From Synergistota bacterium (GTDB taxonomy: Bacteria > Synergistota > GBS-1): DNA of 64,000 nt. Below the pieces are notes generated by a model. That model was not told where the DNA came from. It made no database searches and saw nothing but the letters and a program-made list of their open reading frames with translations. The DNA lies in NCBI GenBank assembly GCA_025060595.1, contig JANXBX010000010.1, forward strand, positions 2,193 through 66,192. Reading direction: 5' to 3'. Of this stretch, positions 10,433-18,842 are shown in pieces; the first letter of the stretch is position 1; each line of letters opens with the position of its first letter. A program made the translations under genes and the position numbers.

Positions 10433-10569
10433 AACTGTTTTCTAACCATAAGATCTATGATGAATCTAAATCGATCCCCTACATTAGGTTCATAAAAGAT
10501 TATTAAGAGGTATAGAAAAAGAAGGAGGGTTATAACAAAAATTATGAATATTATCACATCCCTACGCAT
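10411..10569 (-). CDS. Possible 52-aa single-pass membrane micro-protein
   Basis: Below the ORF-track length cutoff. Manual translation: MRRDVIIFIIFVITLLLFLYLLIIFYEPNVGDRFRFIIDLMVRKQLWRESFR*. A GGGAGGGG SD lies just upstream of the ATG, 10 nt after the preceding stop. Its TAA is followed by the alternative ATG (10408) of the next gene. Confidence 0.4.
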   Translation of the reverse strand: MRRDVIIFIIFVITLLLFLYLLIIFYEPNVGDRFRFIIDLMVRKQLWRESFR

Positions 10570-10581
10570 TACCCCTCCCTG

Positions 10582-11988
10582 CTAACCTTTCACCCTCTCT
10601 TCTCTCCTCAATATTTCCCTTCCTATCACAATTCCGGAAATAGAGGCCTGCATAAGCCCCCTAGTTATTCCAGCTCCATCTCCACCAGCAAATAGATTTT
10701 TAACCTCCGTCTCCAAGTTCGAAGAGAGCCTTAACTTTGAAGAGTAAAACTTTACCTCAACCCCATAAAGGAGGGTAAATGGAGAGAATACACCTGGTGC
10801 AATTTTGTCAAGTGCTTCAAGCATTTCTTTTATATCCTGAAGATATCTGAAGGGAAGGACAAAGCTTAAGTCTCCAGGGACAGCTTCCTTAAGGGAAGGC
10901 TCTATGGGACCCCTACTTATTCTGCTATAGGTAGATCTTCTACCGTTTAAAAGGTCACCAAGCCTCTGGACTATAACGGCCCCACTTAACATATTAGCGA
11001 GCCTCGCCACATGACTACCATAAAGATTGGGCTCATGGAAAGGCTCTGTAAAGGAGGTACTCACAAGAATTGCAAAATTTGTCTTATCCGTCTCTCTATT
11101 CCTATAGCTGTGACCATTAACGGATAAAACCCTTTCCTCTTCGTTCCACTCTACCACTACCTCACCGTGCGGACACATACAGAAGGTTCTAACCTTATCA
11201 TCAAAAAACCTAGAATAGTAAATAAGCTTTGCCTCGTAAAAAACGCTAGTCAGTTCCTCCATCACAGCTGCAGGAAGCTCCACTCTAACTCCGATATCAA
11301 CAGGGTTACGCTCAAGAGATAAACCAAGCTTTCGAGCTTGCTCCTCAAGCCAACTAGCACCCGACCTTCCAGGAGCTACAACCACATATCTACCTTGAAT
11401 CTCATCTCCATTTGCAAGTCTAACTCCCCTAACCTTTTTAGACTCCTTATCTATCAGAATCTCCTCAACCTTTGAGTGATATTTTATTTCAACTTTATCT
11501 TTAAGAAAATCCTCCATCTTTAGCAAGGTTTCATAGCAGTTTTCTGTTCCTAGGTGTCTTATCTTCATTGGAACAAGCTTAAGCCCTGCCTTCTGGGCCT
11601 TAAATGTAAACTTAATTACATCATCAGGAGAAGGATCAAAGATACGCCCCCCGTTACCGAAACCTGAATAAATCTGATCAACATATTGCAATAATTCACT
11701 AGCAACTTCCTCTGAAAGGAGCTCTGTCAATCTTCCACCTGCATCCAAACTAAGAGTTAGCTTGCCATCGCTAAAAGCTCCTGCTCCTCCCCATCCAGAG
11801 ACCAAGGCGCAAAAATGACAACGTCGACATGCCCCACCTTGCTCTCTCATGGGACAAAACCTTCTCTTAATAGAAGCTCCTCTTTCTAAAACAACAACTT
11901 CTAAATTAGACCTTTTAACAAGCTCTAAGGCGCAAAAAATACCTGTTGGACCAGCTCCCACTATGATAACATCATACATTTTTACCAT
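10582..11988 (-). CDS. FAD-dependent protein (COG2509-type NAD(FAD)-utilising dehydrogenase)
   Basis: 468 aa. VIIVGAGPTG dinucleotide motif, Cys-rich CPMREQGGACRRCHFC segment followed by GWGGAGAFSDGKL, C-terminal FAGGDGAGITRG. Confidence 0.75.
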   Translation of the reverse strand: MVKMYDVIIVGAGPTGIFCALELVKRSNLEVVVLERGASIKRRFCPMREQGGACRRCHFCALVSGWGGAGAFSDGKLTLSLDAGGRLTELLSEEVASELLQYVDQIYSGFGNGGRIFDPSPDDVIKFTFKAQKAGLKLVPMKIRHLGTENCYETLLKMEDFLKDKVEIKYHSKVEEILIDKESKKVRGVRLANGDEIQGRYVVVAPGRSGASWLEEQARKLGLSLERNPVDIGVRVELPAAVMEELTSVFYEAKLIYYSRFFDDKVRTFCMCPHGEVVVEWNEEERVLSVNGHSYRNRETDKTNFAILVSTSFTEPFHEPNLYGSHVARLANMLSGAVIVQRLGDLLNGRRSTYSRISRGPIEPSLKEAVPGDLSFVLPFRYLQDIKEMLEALDKIAPGVFSPFTLLYGVEVKFYSSKLRLSSNLETEVKNLFAGGDGAGITRGLMQASISGIVIGREILRREERVKG

Positions 11989-12910
11989 CTCTCCCCATCG
12001 CTTCTAGAATTTTTAAGGCTATATAGAAAGATTCTCTTCCATCATTTATGGTACCTTTACCAGCTTTAACATTTTTAATAAAATTATGTATCTCCTTCTT
12101 TAACGGTTCCTCTGAGGAGAAAAGCTTTATATGCTCAGTGGTTCGCAAACCATCCAAGTCATAAACGAATAGCTCTCTCTGAGTGTAGTTTAAAACTATC
12201 CTCTTGTTTTCGTCAAGTATATCAAGCTCCCGAGTAGCTGTTGGGCTAACTCTACTTACTATAAAGTAGGCTCTGCAACCTCCTTTAAATCGAAGATAAG
12301 CAGAAGCCACATCCTCATGAGGTGAGACAACAGACATTCCAATACCTTTTATATCTTCAACCTCCTCACTTACTACTGATAGAACGATATCTATATCATG
12401 AACCATGAGGTCAAGAACAACCCCCACATCCAGATTCCTATTAACAAAAGGACAAAGCCTCTTAGCCACTATAAAAAACGGCTTCTCAATAAACTTGGGA
12501 AGATAAGAGACTATTGGGTTAAACCTTTCTACATAACCTACCTGAAAAACCACACCCTTTTCCTGAGAAATTTTAAATAGTTCATCAGCATGTTCTAGCT
12601 TCGTAGCTATCGGTTTTTCAAGGAGAACGTTTATCCCTCTAAGCAGGCAATCCTTAGCTATCTCATAATGCAAAGTAGTAGGAACGGCTATACTAACTGC
12701 ATGAGGACTTTCCTTATCAAGCATCTCCCTATAGTCAGTATAGGCTTTACAACTATAAATATTGGCTATCTCTTCAGCCCTTTCTTCAAGAATATCAGCA
12801 ACCGCAACAAGGTTCGACTCTTTTAACTCACTATATATCCTCGCATGATGCCTCCCTAAATACCCCACACCTATAACTGCGGCTTTTATTTCTCCCATCT
12901 TGTCCGGCAC
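11972..12910 (-). CDS. Gfo/Idh/MocA family oxidoreductase
   Basis: 312 aa. N-terminal KAAVIGVGYLGRHH Rossmann motif and the EKP motif (VLLEKPIA). 17-nt overlap with the downstream gene. Confidence 0.85.
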   Translation of the reverse strand: MPDKMGEIKAAVIGVGYLGRHHARIYSELKESNLVAVADILEERAEEIANIYSCKAYTDYREMLDKESPHAVSIAVPTTLHYEIAKDCLLRGINVLLEKPIATKLEHADELFKISQEKGVVFQVGYVERFNPIVSYLPKFIEKPFFIVAKRLCPFVNRNLDVGVVLDLMVHDIDIVLSVVSEEVEDIKGIGMSVVSPHEDVASAYLRFKGGCRAYFIVSRVSPTATRELDILDENKRIVLNYTQRELFVYDLDGLRTTEHIKLFSSEEPLKKEIHNFIKNVKAGKGTINDGRESFYIALKILEAMGRDGKNV

Positions 12911-12914
12911 CCAT

Positions 12915-14312
12915 TTATATTATCCCCAAAATCCTTCTCAAAGCCTCATCCTTAGTTTTAAGCTTTCCCATCCTTTGAAGATAAACTATCCTATCCTTTA
13001 TAATCCCTATCTCCTTACCCTCCCTCAAGCCAGTTACAGCCATTATATCCTTTCCACTTAGGAGAGGTTTAACCCTGAGTACATCGTCAAGGTAATACCT
13101 GATCCTTTCTCCTATTTCAAAAAGCGATCTTCTTTCCTCATCAGAAACCTTTTTACCCCTCGTAGCTCTTAAATCAGCAATAGAGAGGAGAAGTAAGCTT
13201 AATGCATCCTCTCCTACTTTCATAAGCCAAGAAAGAAGCGACCTCTCCCAAGGTCTACCAGCCCCTTCTCTTTTCAAGAAAAATAAGGGCATCATATGAT
13301 TATAGACTAGCTTGGATATGTAATCTATCTCTCTACTGCCCAAAAGAAGCGCTCGAGAGTATCCCCTTGCTATCTTGGATCCTATAAACTGATGCCCCTT
13401 AAACATTACCTCTCCATCTTTTACCCTGAAACAAAAAGGCTTTCCTACATCATGAAGTAGTGCAGCAATCCTAAGAAGATCCCTTCTCCTAAAGAATCCA
13501 ACCTTTGACTCAAGATAGCTTCTATCTATCCATGAGGGAGGGGCGCAAAGAAGATCCTCCATAGCCTCAAGCGTTTTAATCGAGTGATTAAGAACATCAA
13601 GATGGTGATAATCTCCCTGCGGCATACCTCTCATAAGCTTAAAAGCTAAGAAAAACCTTTCAAGATAACCCAGATCTAACATATCTTTAACGGCTAGGTA
13701 AAAGTAGTCGCCGAGAAGCAGCTTTTTCCACTCTTCCGCAATCCTTTCCCTTGGGGAAGCTTTCCAGGGAGAAAAATTCAATATCTTTCTTTTAACTATC
13801 CTTCTAGTTCCCTCATGAATCTTAAATCCTAAAGAGGACCTAAATCTGAAAGCCCGCAGCAATCTTAAGGAGTCATAATCAAAAGCGTGAGGAGAAGCCA
13901 CTTTTATCACGCCTTCCTCTATATCTCTAAGCCCATCCAATGGGTCAAAAATCCTCTCACTTTCTAAATTCAAAGCTATGGAGTTAATAGTGAAGTCTCT
14001 ACTTAAAAGATCACCGATTAAAGTGTGACCGTTAAGCGGTGTGAAGTCAAATGTAAAAGGATATTTAAGAACCTTAAAAGTCTTCCTCTCCTTACCTAGT
14101 ACTACGACTTTACCGCCTATCTCTGAGGCGAAACTTAAGGGAATAGAGTAAGAGCAAAAAACCACATCTATATCGCTAGAAAGCTTACCCATTAGAGCTT
14201 CTCTTATAGCTCCACCAACTATATAAGCCTTTCCGTTTTTTCTCAAACAGGAGCGCAGTGGCTCATACCAAAAGCTATTTCTGAAAAGCGCTATTAAGTC
14301 CCCTAATCTCAA
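12915..14312 (-). CDS. cca: CCA-adding tRNA nucleotidyltransferase / poly(A) polymerase family protein with an HD domain
   Basis: 465 aa. GGAIREALMG...DIDVV head-domain motif, RDFTINS, and the C-terminal HD motif LLHDVGKP. Confidence 0.8.
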   Translation of the reverse strand: MRLGDLIALFRNSFWYEPLRSCLRKNGKAYIVGGAIREALMGKLSSDIDVVFCSYSIPLSFASEIGGKVVVLGKERKTFKVLKYPFTFDFTPLNGHTLIGDLLSRDFTINSIALNLESERIFDPLDGLRDIEEGVIKVASPHAFDYDSLRLLRAFRFRSSLGFKIHEGTRRIVKRKILNFSPWKASPRERIAEEWKKLLLGDYFYLAVKDMLDLGYLERFFLAFKLMRGMPQGDYHHLDVLNHSIKTLEAMEDLLCAPPSWIDRSYLESKVGFFRRRDLLRIAALLHDVGKPFCFRVKDGEVMFKGHQFIGSKIARGYSRALLLGSREIDYISKLVYNHMMPLFFLKREGAGRPWERSLLSWLMKVGEDALSLLLLSIADLRATRGKKVSDEERRSLFEIGERIRYYLDDVLRVKPLLSGKDIMAVTGLREGKEIGIIKDRIVYLQRMGKLKTKDEALRRILGII

Positions 14313-15606
14313 GATTTCCCTCCAAAATGCTACCTATAAGATAAAGAGAGCCACAAAGGCAGATAACTTCTTCTTTAGAGTTTAATGCCTCATTAAAGGC
14401 TTGCAATGGAGACTCTACTCCAAAAATTGGAATCTTACTCATCTCCTCCAAAGACTGGGAAGCGCTTAATAGCTCCTTTACGCTTAAGGCCCTTCCTATA
14501 CCAACGCTTGTAAAGATAACCTTACTCGCTATCCTAGAGAGCTCTTTCAGCATCTTGAGGTAGTTTTTATCTCTCATGGCACCGAAAACAAAACACACGC
14601 TTTTCCCCTTAAAAAGGAGTTCTAAAGAGGAAACCAAAGCATTCATTCCATGAGGATTGTGAGCTCCATCTAAAATAACAACCTTATCAGCATAATTAAA
14701 AACATCAAATCTTCCACGCCATCTTGCACTTCTTATTCCATCTCTGATGCTTTTTTCACTGACACTAATACCTAGGCTATTAAGTAAAATAGCGGATTCT
14801 ATAGCTACGCTCGAGTTCAAAAACTGATATATACCTTTAAGGCCAAGTTTAATGTCTGGAAGGAAGTTAAAACTATCTTTGAAGTCCATAAGAGATTCTT
14901 CAAGAGAGAACCTTTTTATCTCGAAATCAAAGTCTCTTCCCTTCCTATAGAGCTTCGCTCTCTTCGCAAGAGAGACCTCTTCTACCACATTTACAGCTTC
15001 TTCCTTTTCCTCTCCGAATATAACGGTAACGCCCTCTTTTATTATCCCTGCCTTTTCTCTCGCTATCGAAGCAATGGTATTTCCCAAGTAATTTTCATGA
15101 TCAAAGTCAATAGTAGTAATAACAGATTCTAAGGGGTGGACCACATTAACTGCATCAAGCCTGCCTCCTAACCCTATCTCAAGCACCGCAACATCCACCT
15201 TTGACTCATTAAAGTAAGAAAAAGCTATAGCAGTGATTATCTCATAAAAAGTAGGTATATCACTCATACTCTTCGCAATCGCTAAGATCTTCTGACCTAT
15301 CCTGAGAAAGGCATCTTTATCTATCCAGTAGCCATCTATCATTATCCTTTCTCTTATATCACAAAGATGAGGGGAAATGTAAGACCCAACTTTATAACCT
15401 GCAATTTTAAGAATGTTAGAGAGCATGGCTACCACTGATCCTTTACCGTTTGTACCAGCTACGACTATGCTCCTTAAATTACGATGAGGATTCCCACATC
15501 TATCAAGAAGCTCTTCTACCCTATCAAGTCCCAATCGAATCTCTCCAGGTGGTCTAAGCGAGCTTAGCTCTTTAAGAAAGGATTCATAATTAAGCAAGCT
15601 GTTCAA
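14275..15606 (-). CDS. folC: Bifunctional folylpolyglutamate synthase / dihydrofolate synthase
   Basis: 443 aa. Mur-ligase P-loop VAGTNGKGS, EIGLGGRLDA, DGAHNP. Lies directly downstream of valS, as in Firmicutes. Confidence 0.92.
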   Translation of the reverse strand: MNSLLNYESFLKELSSLRPPGEIRLGLDRVEELLDRCGNPHRNLRSIVVAGTNGKGSVVAMLSNILKIAGYKVGSYISPHLCDIRERIMIDGYWIDKDAFLRIGQKILAIAKSMSDIPTFYEIITAIAFSYFNESKVDVAVLEIGLGGRLDAVNVVHPLESVITTIDFDHENYLGNTIASIAREKAGIIKEGVTVIFGEEKEEAVNVVEEVSLAKRAKLYRKGRDFDFEIKRFSLEESLMDFKDSFNFLPDIKLGLKGIYQFLNSSVAIESAILLNSLGISVSEKSIRDGIRSARWRGRFDVFNYADKVVILDGAHNPHGMNALVSSLELLFKGKSVCFVFGAMRDKNYLKMLKELSRIASKVIFTSVGIGRALSVKELLSASQSLEEMSKIPIFGVESPLQAFNEALNSKEEVICLCGSLYLIGSILEGNLEIRGLNSAFQK

Positions 15607-18244
15607 TGTGTCTTTCTATCCTCCTTTTTATATCTTGAAACTCCTCAAGTTTTGCCCTTTCCTTTTCCACAACGCTGTGAGGAGCCCTTTCCACAAAATC
15701 CCTATTGGAAAGCTTCATTTCAATCCTATTTATTTCCTCCATCACTTCTCCAAGCTTAAGCTTTAATCTCGCCATCTCTTTATCTACATCTATAAGCTCC
15801 CCAAGAGGCATAAAGATTTCTGCTTTATCTATAACTCCCACAGCACAACCCTTTGGACGCTCATAATCTTGAGCTATACGAAGCTCCGATAGCGAAGCCA
15901 ATCGAATAATATACTTCTCATATTCTCTTACAAGGTTCTCATATTCCAAATCGCGAGGTTTTATTATGATCTTAACCTTATCTCCAGGCTTTATTTCCAT
16001 CTCGGCTCTCAAGTTCCTTATAAGACGTATAGTATCCATTATATATCTCATCTTATTCTCCGCATCCTCATCTATAAAATTATCCTCAGGAATCGGCCAA
16101 GAAGAAACTACGATGCTCTCCTTTACACCAGGAAGATACTGCCATAGCTCCTCAGTTATAAAGGGCATGTAAGGATGAAGAAGCCTTAATATTACCGATG
16201 AAACCTTCCATAAAATGTATTTAACACTATCTTTTCTAAGCTTACTTTCAGAATCATTGTATAATGTGGCTTTTGATATCTCCACATACCAATCGCAAAA
16301 CTCCCCCCATATAAACTCGTAGAGAGCTTTAGCAGATTCACCAACATAGTAACCGCTGAGCAAGTCTGTCACTTCCCTTATGATTTTCTGGGTACGGCTC
16401 AAAATCCACTTATCTGGAAGATCCAAGACCAATCTTTCCTCAAAAAGAGCCTGTGGCTCGAAGTCCTTTATGTTCATTAATATAAACCTTAAAGCGTTCC
16501 ATATCTTGTTAGCGAAGTTCTTAGAGGATTCTATCTTGCTTTCAGAAAGCCTTATATCCCTACCCTGAACAGCAAGAGAAGCTAAAGTAAATCTTAAGGC
16601 ATCAGCTCCATACTTTTCTATCATATCAAGCGGATCTATAACATTTCCAAAGGATTTGGACATCTTTTTGCCTTCCTCATCTCTAACTAACGCATGTATA
16701 TATACATCGTAAAAAGGAACGTCCCCCATAAACTTTAACCCCATCATTATCATTCTTGCTACCCAGAAAAAGATTATGTCAAAACCTGTAACGAGAAGGT
16801 CAGTAGGATAATAGTATCTTAAATCTAAGGTTTTCTCTGGCCAACCTAAAGTAGAGAAAGGCCATAAAGCTGAACTAAACCATGTATCTAAAACGTCAGG
16901 ATCCTGTACAAGATCTTTAGAATCGCACCTTTCACACCTCTCTGGAGGATCAACAAAGGCGTTCATGTGACCGCAACTTTGGCAGTACCAAACAGGAATT
17001 CTATGCCCCCACCAAAGCTGACGTGATATACACCAGTCCTTTATGTTCTCCATCCATTCATAGTAAACTTTTTTCCAAGTTTCAGGAATAAACCTAACTC
17101 TGCCCTCCTGAACAGCCCGTATAGCTGGTTCAGCTAAGGGCTTCATCTTAACAAACCACTGCTCGGAAAGGTAGGGCTCAACCACGGTCTTACATCTATA
17201 GCAATGTCCAACAGCATGAGAATATTCTTCCACTTTCTCAAGGAGCCCTTCTCTCTTTAAATCTTCAACAGCCCTTTTCCTACACTCAAACCTATCAAGC
17301 CCTTTATATCTTTCTCCAGCCTCTTCTGTCATTCTCCCATCAGGACTAATTACCTTTATAAAGCTTAAAGAATGCCTCTGAGCTACGAGAAAGTCGTTGG
17401 GATCATGAGCAGGCGTAATTTTAACAGCACCGGTTCCAAAAGAGGGATTCACCATGTTATCAGCAATTATAGGACCAATTCTATTCGTTAGAGGTATCCT
17501 AACCTCCTTACCAATAAAACTCTTGTACCTTTCATCATCAGGATGAACAGCCACAGCTACATCTCCAAGAATTGTCTCTGGACGGGTTGTCGCAACAGTT
17601 ATATAATTACCAGGTTCTCCCACTATAGGATATTTAACATACCACAAATTCCCTTTAATTTCCTCATGCTCAACCTCTATATCCGAGAGAGCGGTTTCAC
17701 AACGAGGACACCAATTTATTATATAACTTCCCCTATAGACAAGCCCCTCTCTAAAAAGCCTAACAAAAACTTCCCTTACAGCCCTTGATAACCCTTCATC
17801 TAAGGTAAACCTCTCCCTATCCCAGTCACAGGAAGCTCCTAGCCGCTTTAATTGATGAATTATCGTGCCACCATATTTCTCCTTCCATTCCCAAACCCTT
17901 TCAAGAAACTTCTCCCTACCTAAATCTTCTTTCTTTAAACCCTCTTTGGCAAGCGCCCTTTCCACAACGTTCTGTGTAGCTATACCAGCATGATCCGTCC
18001 CAGGAAGCCACATTGTATTAAAGCCCTGCATCCTTTTCCAACGAACAAATATATCTTGAATGGTATTATTTAAGGCATGTCCCATATGAAGAGAACCCGT
18101 AACATTTGGAGGAGGAATCACTACTGAAAACTTCTTCTTTGAAAAATCCACTACACTGTGAAAATAGCCCCTTTCTATCCAATAGGCATACCACTTTTCT
18201 TCCACTCTAGAGGAATCATAAGCCTTCGGGAGATCTAAATGCAT
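15590..18244 (-). CDS. valS: Valine--tRNA ligase
   Basis: The ORF track gives 15590..18268. I prefer ATG 18244 (MHLDLPKAYD...), which is preceded by GGGAGGAG 9 nt upstream. HIGH-type (PNVTGSLHMGH) and KMSKS motifs, C-terminal coiled coil. Confidence 0.96.
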   Translation of the reverse strand: MHLDLPKAYDSSRVEEKWYAYWIERGYFHSVVDFSKKKFSVVIPPPNVTGSLHMGHALNNTIQDIFVRWKRMQGFNTMWLPGTDHAGIATQNVVERALAKEGLKKEDLGREKFLERVWEWKEKYGGTIIHQLKRLGASCDWDRERFTLDEGLSRAVREVFVRLFREGLVYRGSYIINWCPRCETALSDIEVEHEEIKGNLWYVKYPIVGEPGNYITVATTRPETILGDVAVAVHPDDERYKSFIGKEVRIPLTNRIGPIIADNMVNPSFGTGAVKITPAHDPNDFLVAQRHSLSFIKVISPDGRMTEEAGERYKGLDRFECRKRAVEDLKREGLLEKVEEYSHAVGHCYRCKTVVEPYLSEQWFVKMKPLAEPAIRAVQEGRVRFIPETWKKVYYEWMENIKDWCISRQLWWGHRIPVWYCQSCGHMNAFVDPPERCERCDSKDLVQDPDVLDTWFSSALWPFSTLGWPEKTLDLRYYYPTDLLVTGFDIIFFWVARMIMMGLKFMGDVPFYDVYIHALVRDEEGKKMSKSFGNVIDPLDMIEKYGADALRFTLASLAVQGRDIRLSESKIESSKNFANKIWNALRFILMNIKDFEPQALFEERLVLDLPDKWILSRTQKIIREVTDLLSGYYVGESAKALYEFIWGEFCDWYVEISKATLYNDSESKLRKDSVKYILWKVSSVILRLLHPYMPFITEELWQYLPGVKESIVVSSWPIPEDNFIDEDAENKMRYIMDTIRLIRNLRAEMEIKPGDKVKIIIKPRDLEYENLVREYEKYIIRLASLSELRIAQDYERPKGCAVGVIDKAEIFMPLGELIDVDKEMARLKLKLGEVMEEINRIEMKLSNRDFVERAPHSVVEKERAKLEEFQDIKRRIERHIEQLA

Positions 18245-18248
18245 TCTA

Positions 18249-18842
18249 TTACTCTCCTCCCTTCCCAAAAAGCAATCTATTTATAAGAATCCATGCTTCT
18301 TTCTTGCCTTCACCAGTTAAAGCAGAAAATAAAACATAGTTTTCCTCTTCTACAGGGAAAAACCTTTTAGCAAATTTTAGCTGTTCCATAACCTCCGATT
18401 TAGAAAGCTTATCTACTTTAGTAAAAATAAAAGCTACCTTGTATCCTAGGCTTCCTATCCACTCATATAGCCTTAAATCGCTATCCATAGGAATGTGTCT
18501 TATATCTATGATCTGAAGGAATAACTTTAGGGCTTCCCTTCCTCTAACATATGCCTCAACGAGTTTAGCCCATCGCTTTCTTTCCTCTAATGGAACCTTA
18601 GCATATCCATATCCAGGCAAGTCTACAAGAATAAACCTGTTATCTATCAGATAGAAATTAATAGAGCGAGTCTTACCCGGTGTAGAGCTAACCTTCGCCA
18701 ACCTCTGTCCAAGAAGAACATTTATAAAAGAAGATTTTCCAACGTTTGATCTCCCAGCTATCGCTACTTCAGGAAGACCAAAGTCTGAAGGAATATCTTC
18801 AGGCAGATAGGCACTGACCAAGAGCTTCCTCTCTTCTCTCAT
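18249..18842 (-). CDS. engB: Ribosome-biogenesis GTPase EngB/YsxC
   Basis: 197 aa. G1 GRSNVGKSS, G3 DLPGYG, G4 TKVDK. Conserved lon-engB adjacency. Confidence 0.93.
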   Translation of the reverse strand: MREERKLLVSAYLPEDIPSDFGLPEVAIAGRSNVGKSSFINVLLGQRLAKVSSTPGKTRSINFYLIDNRFILVDLPGYGYAKVPLEERKRWAKLVEAYVRGREALKLFLQIIDIRHIPMDSDLRLYEWIGSLGYKVAFIFTKVDKLSKSEVMEQLKFAKRFFPVEEENYVLFSALTGEGKKEAWILINRLLFGKGGE

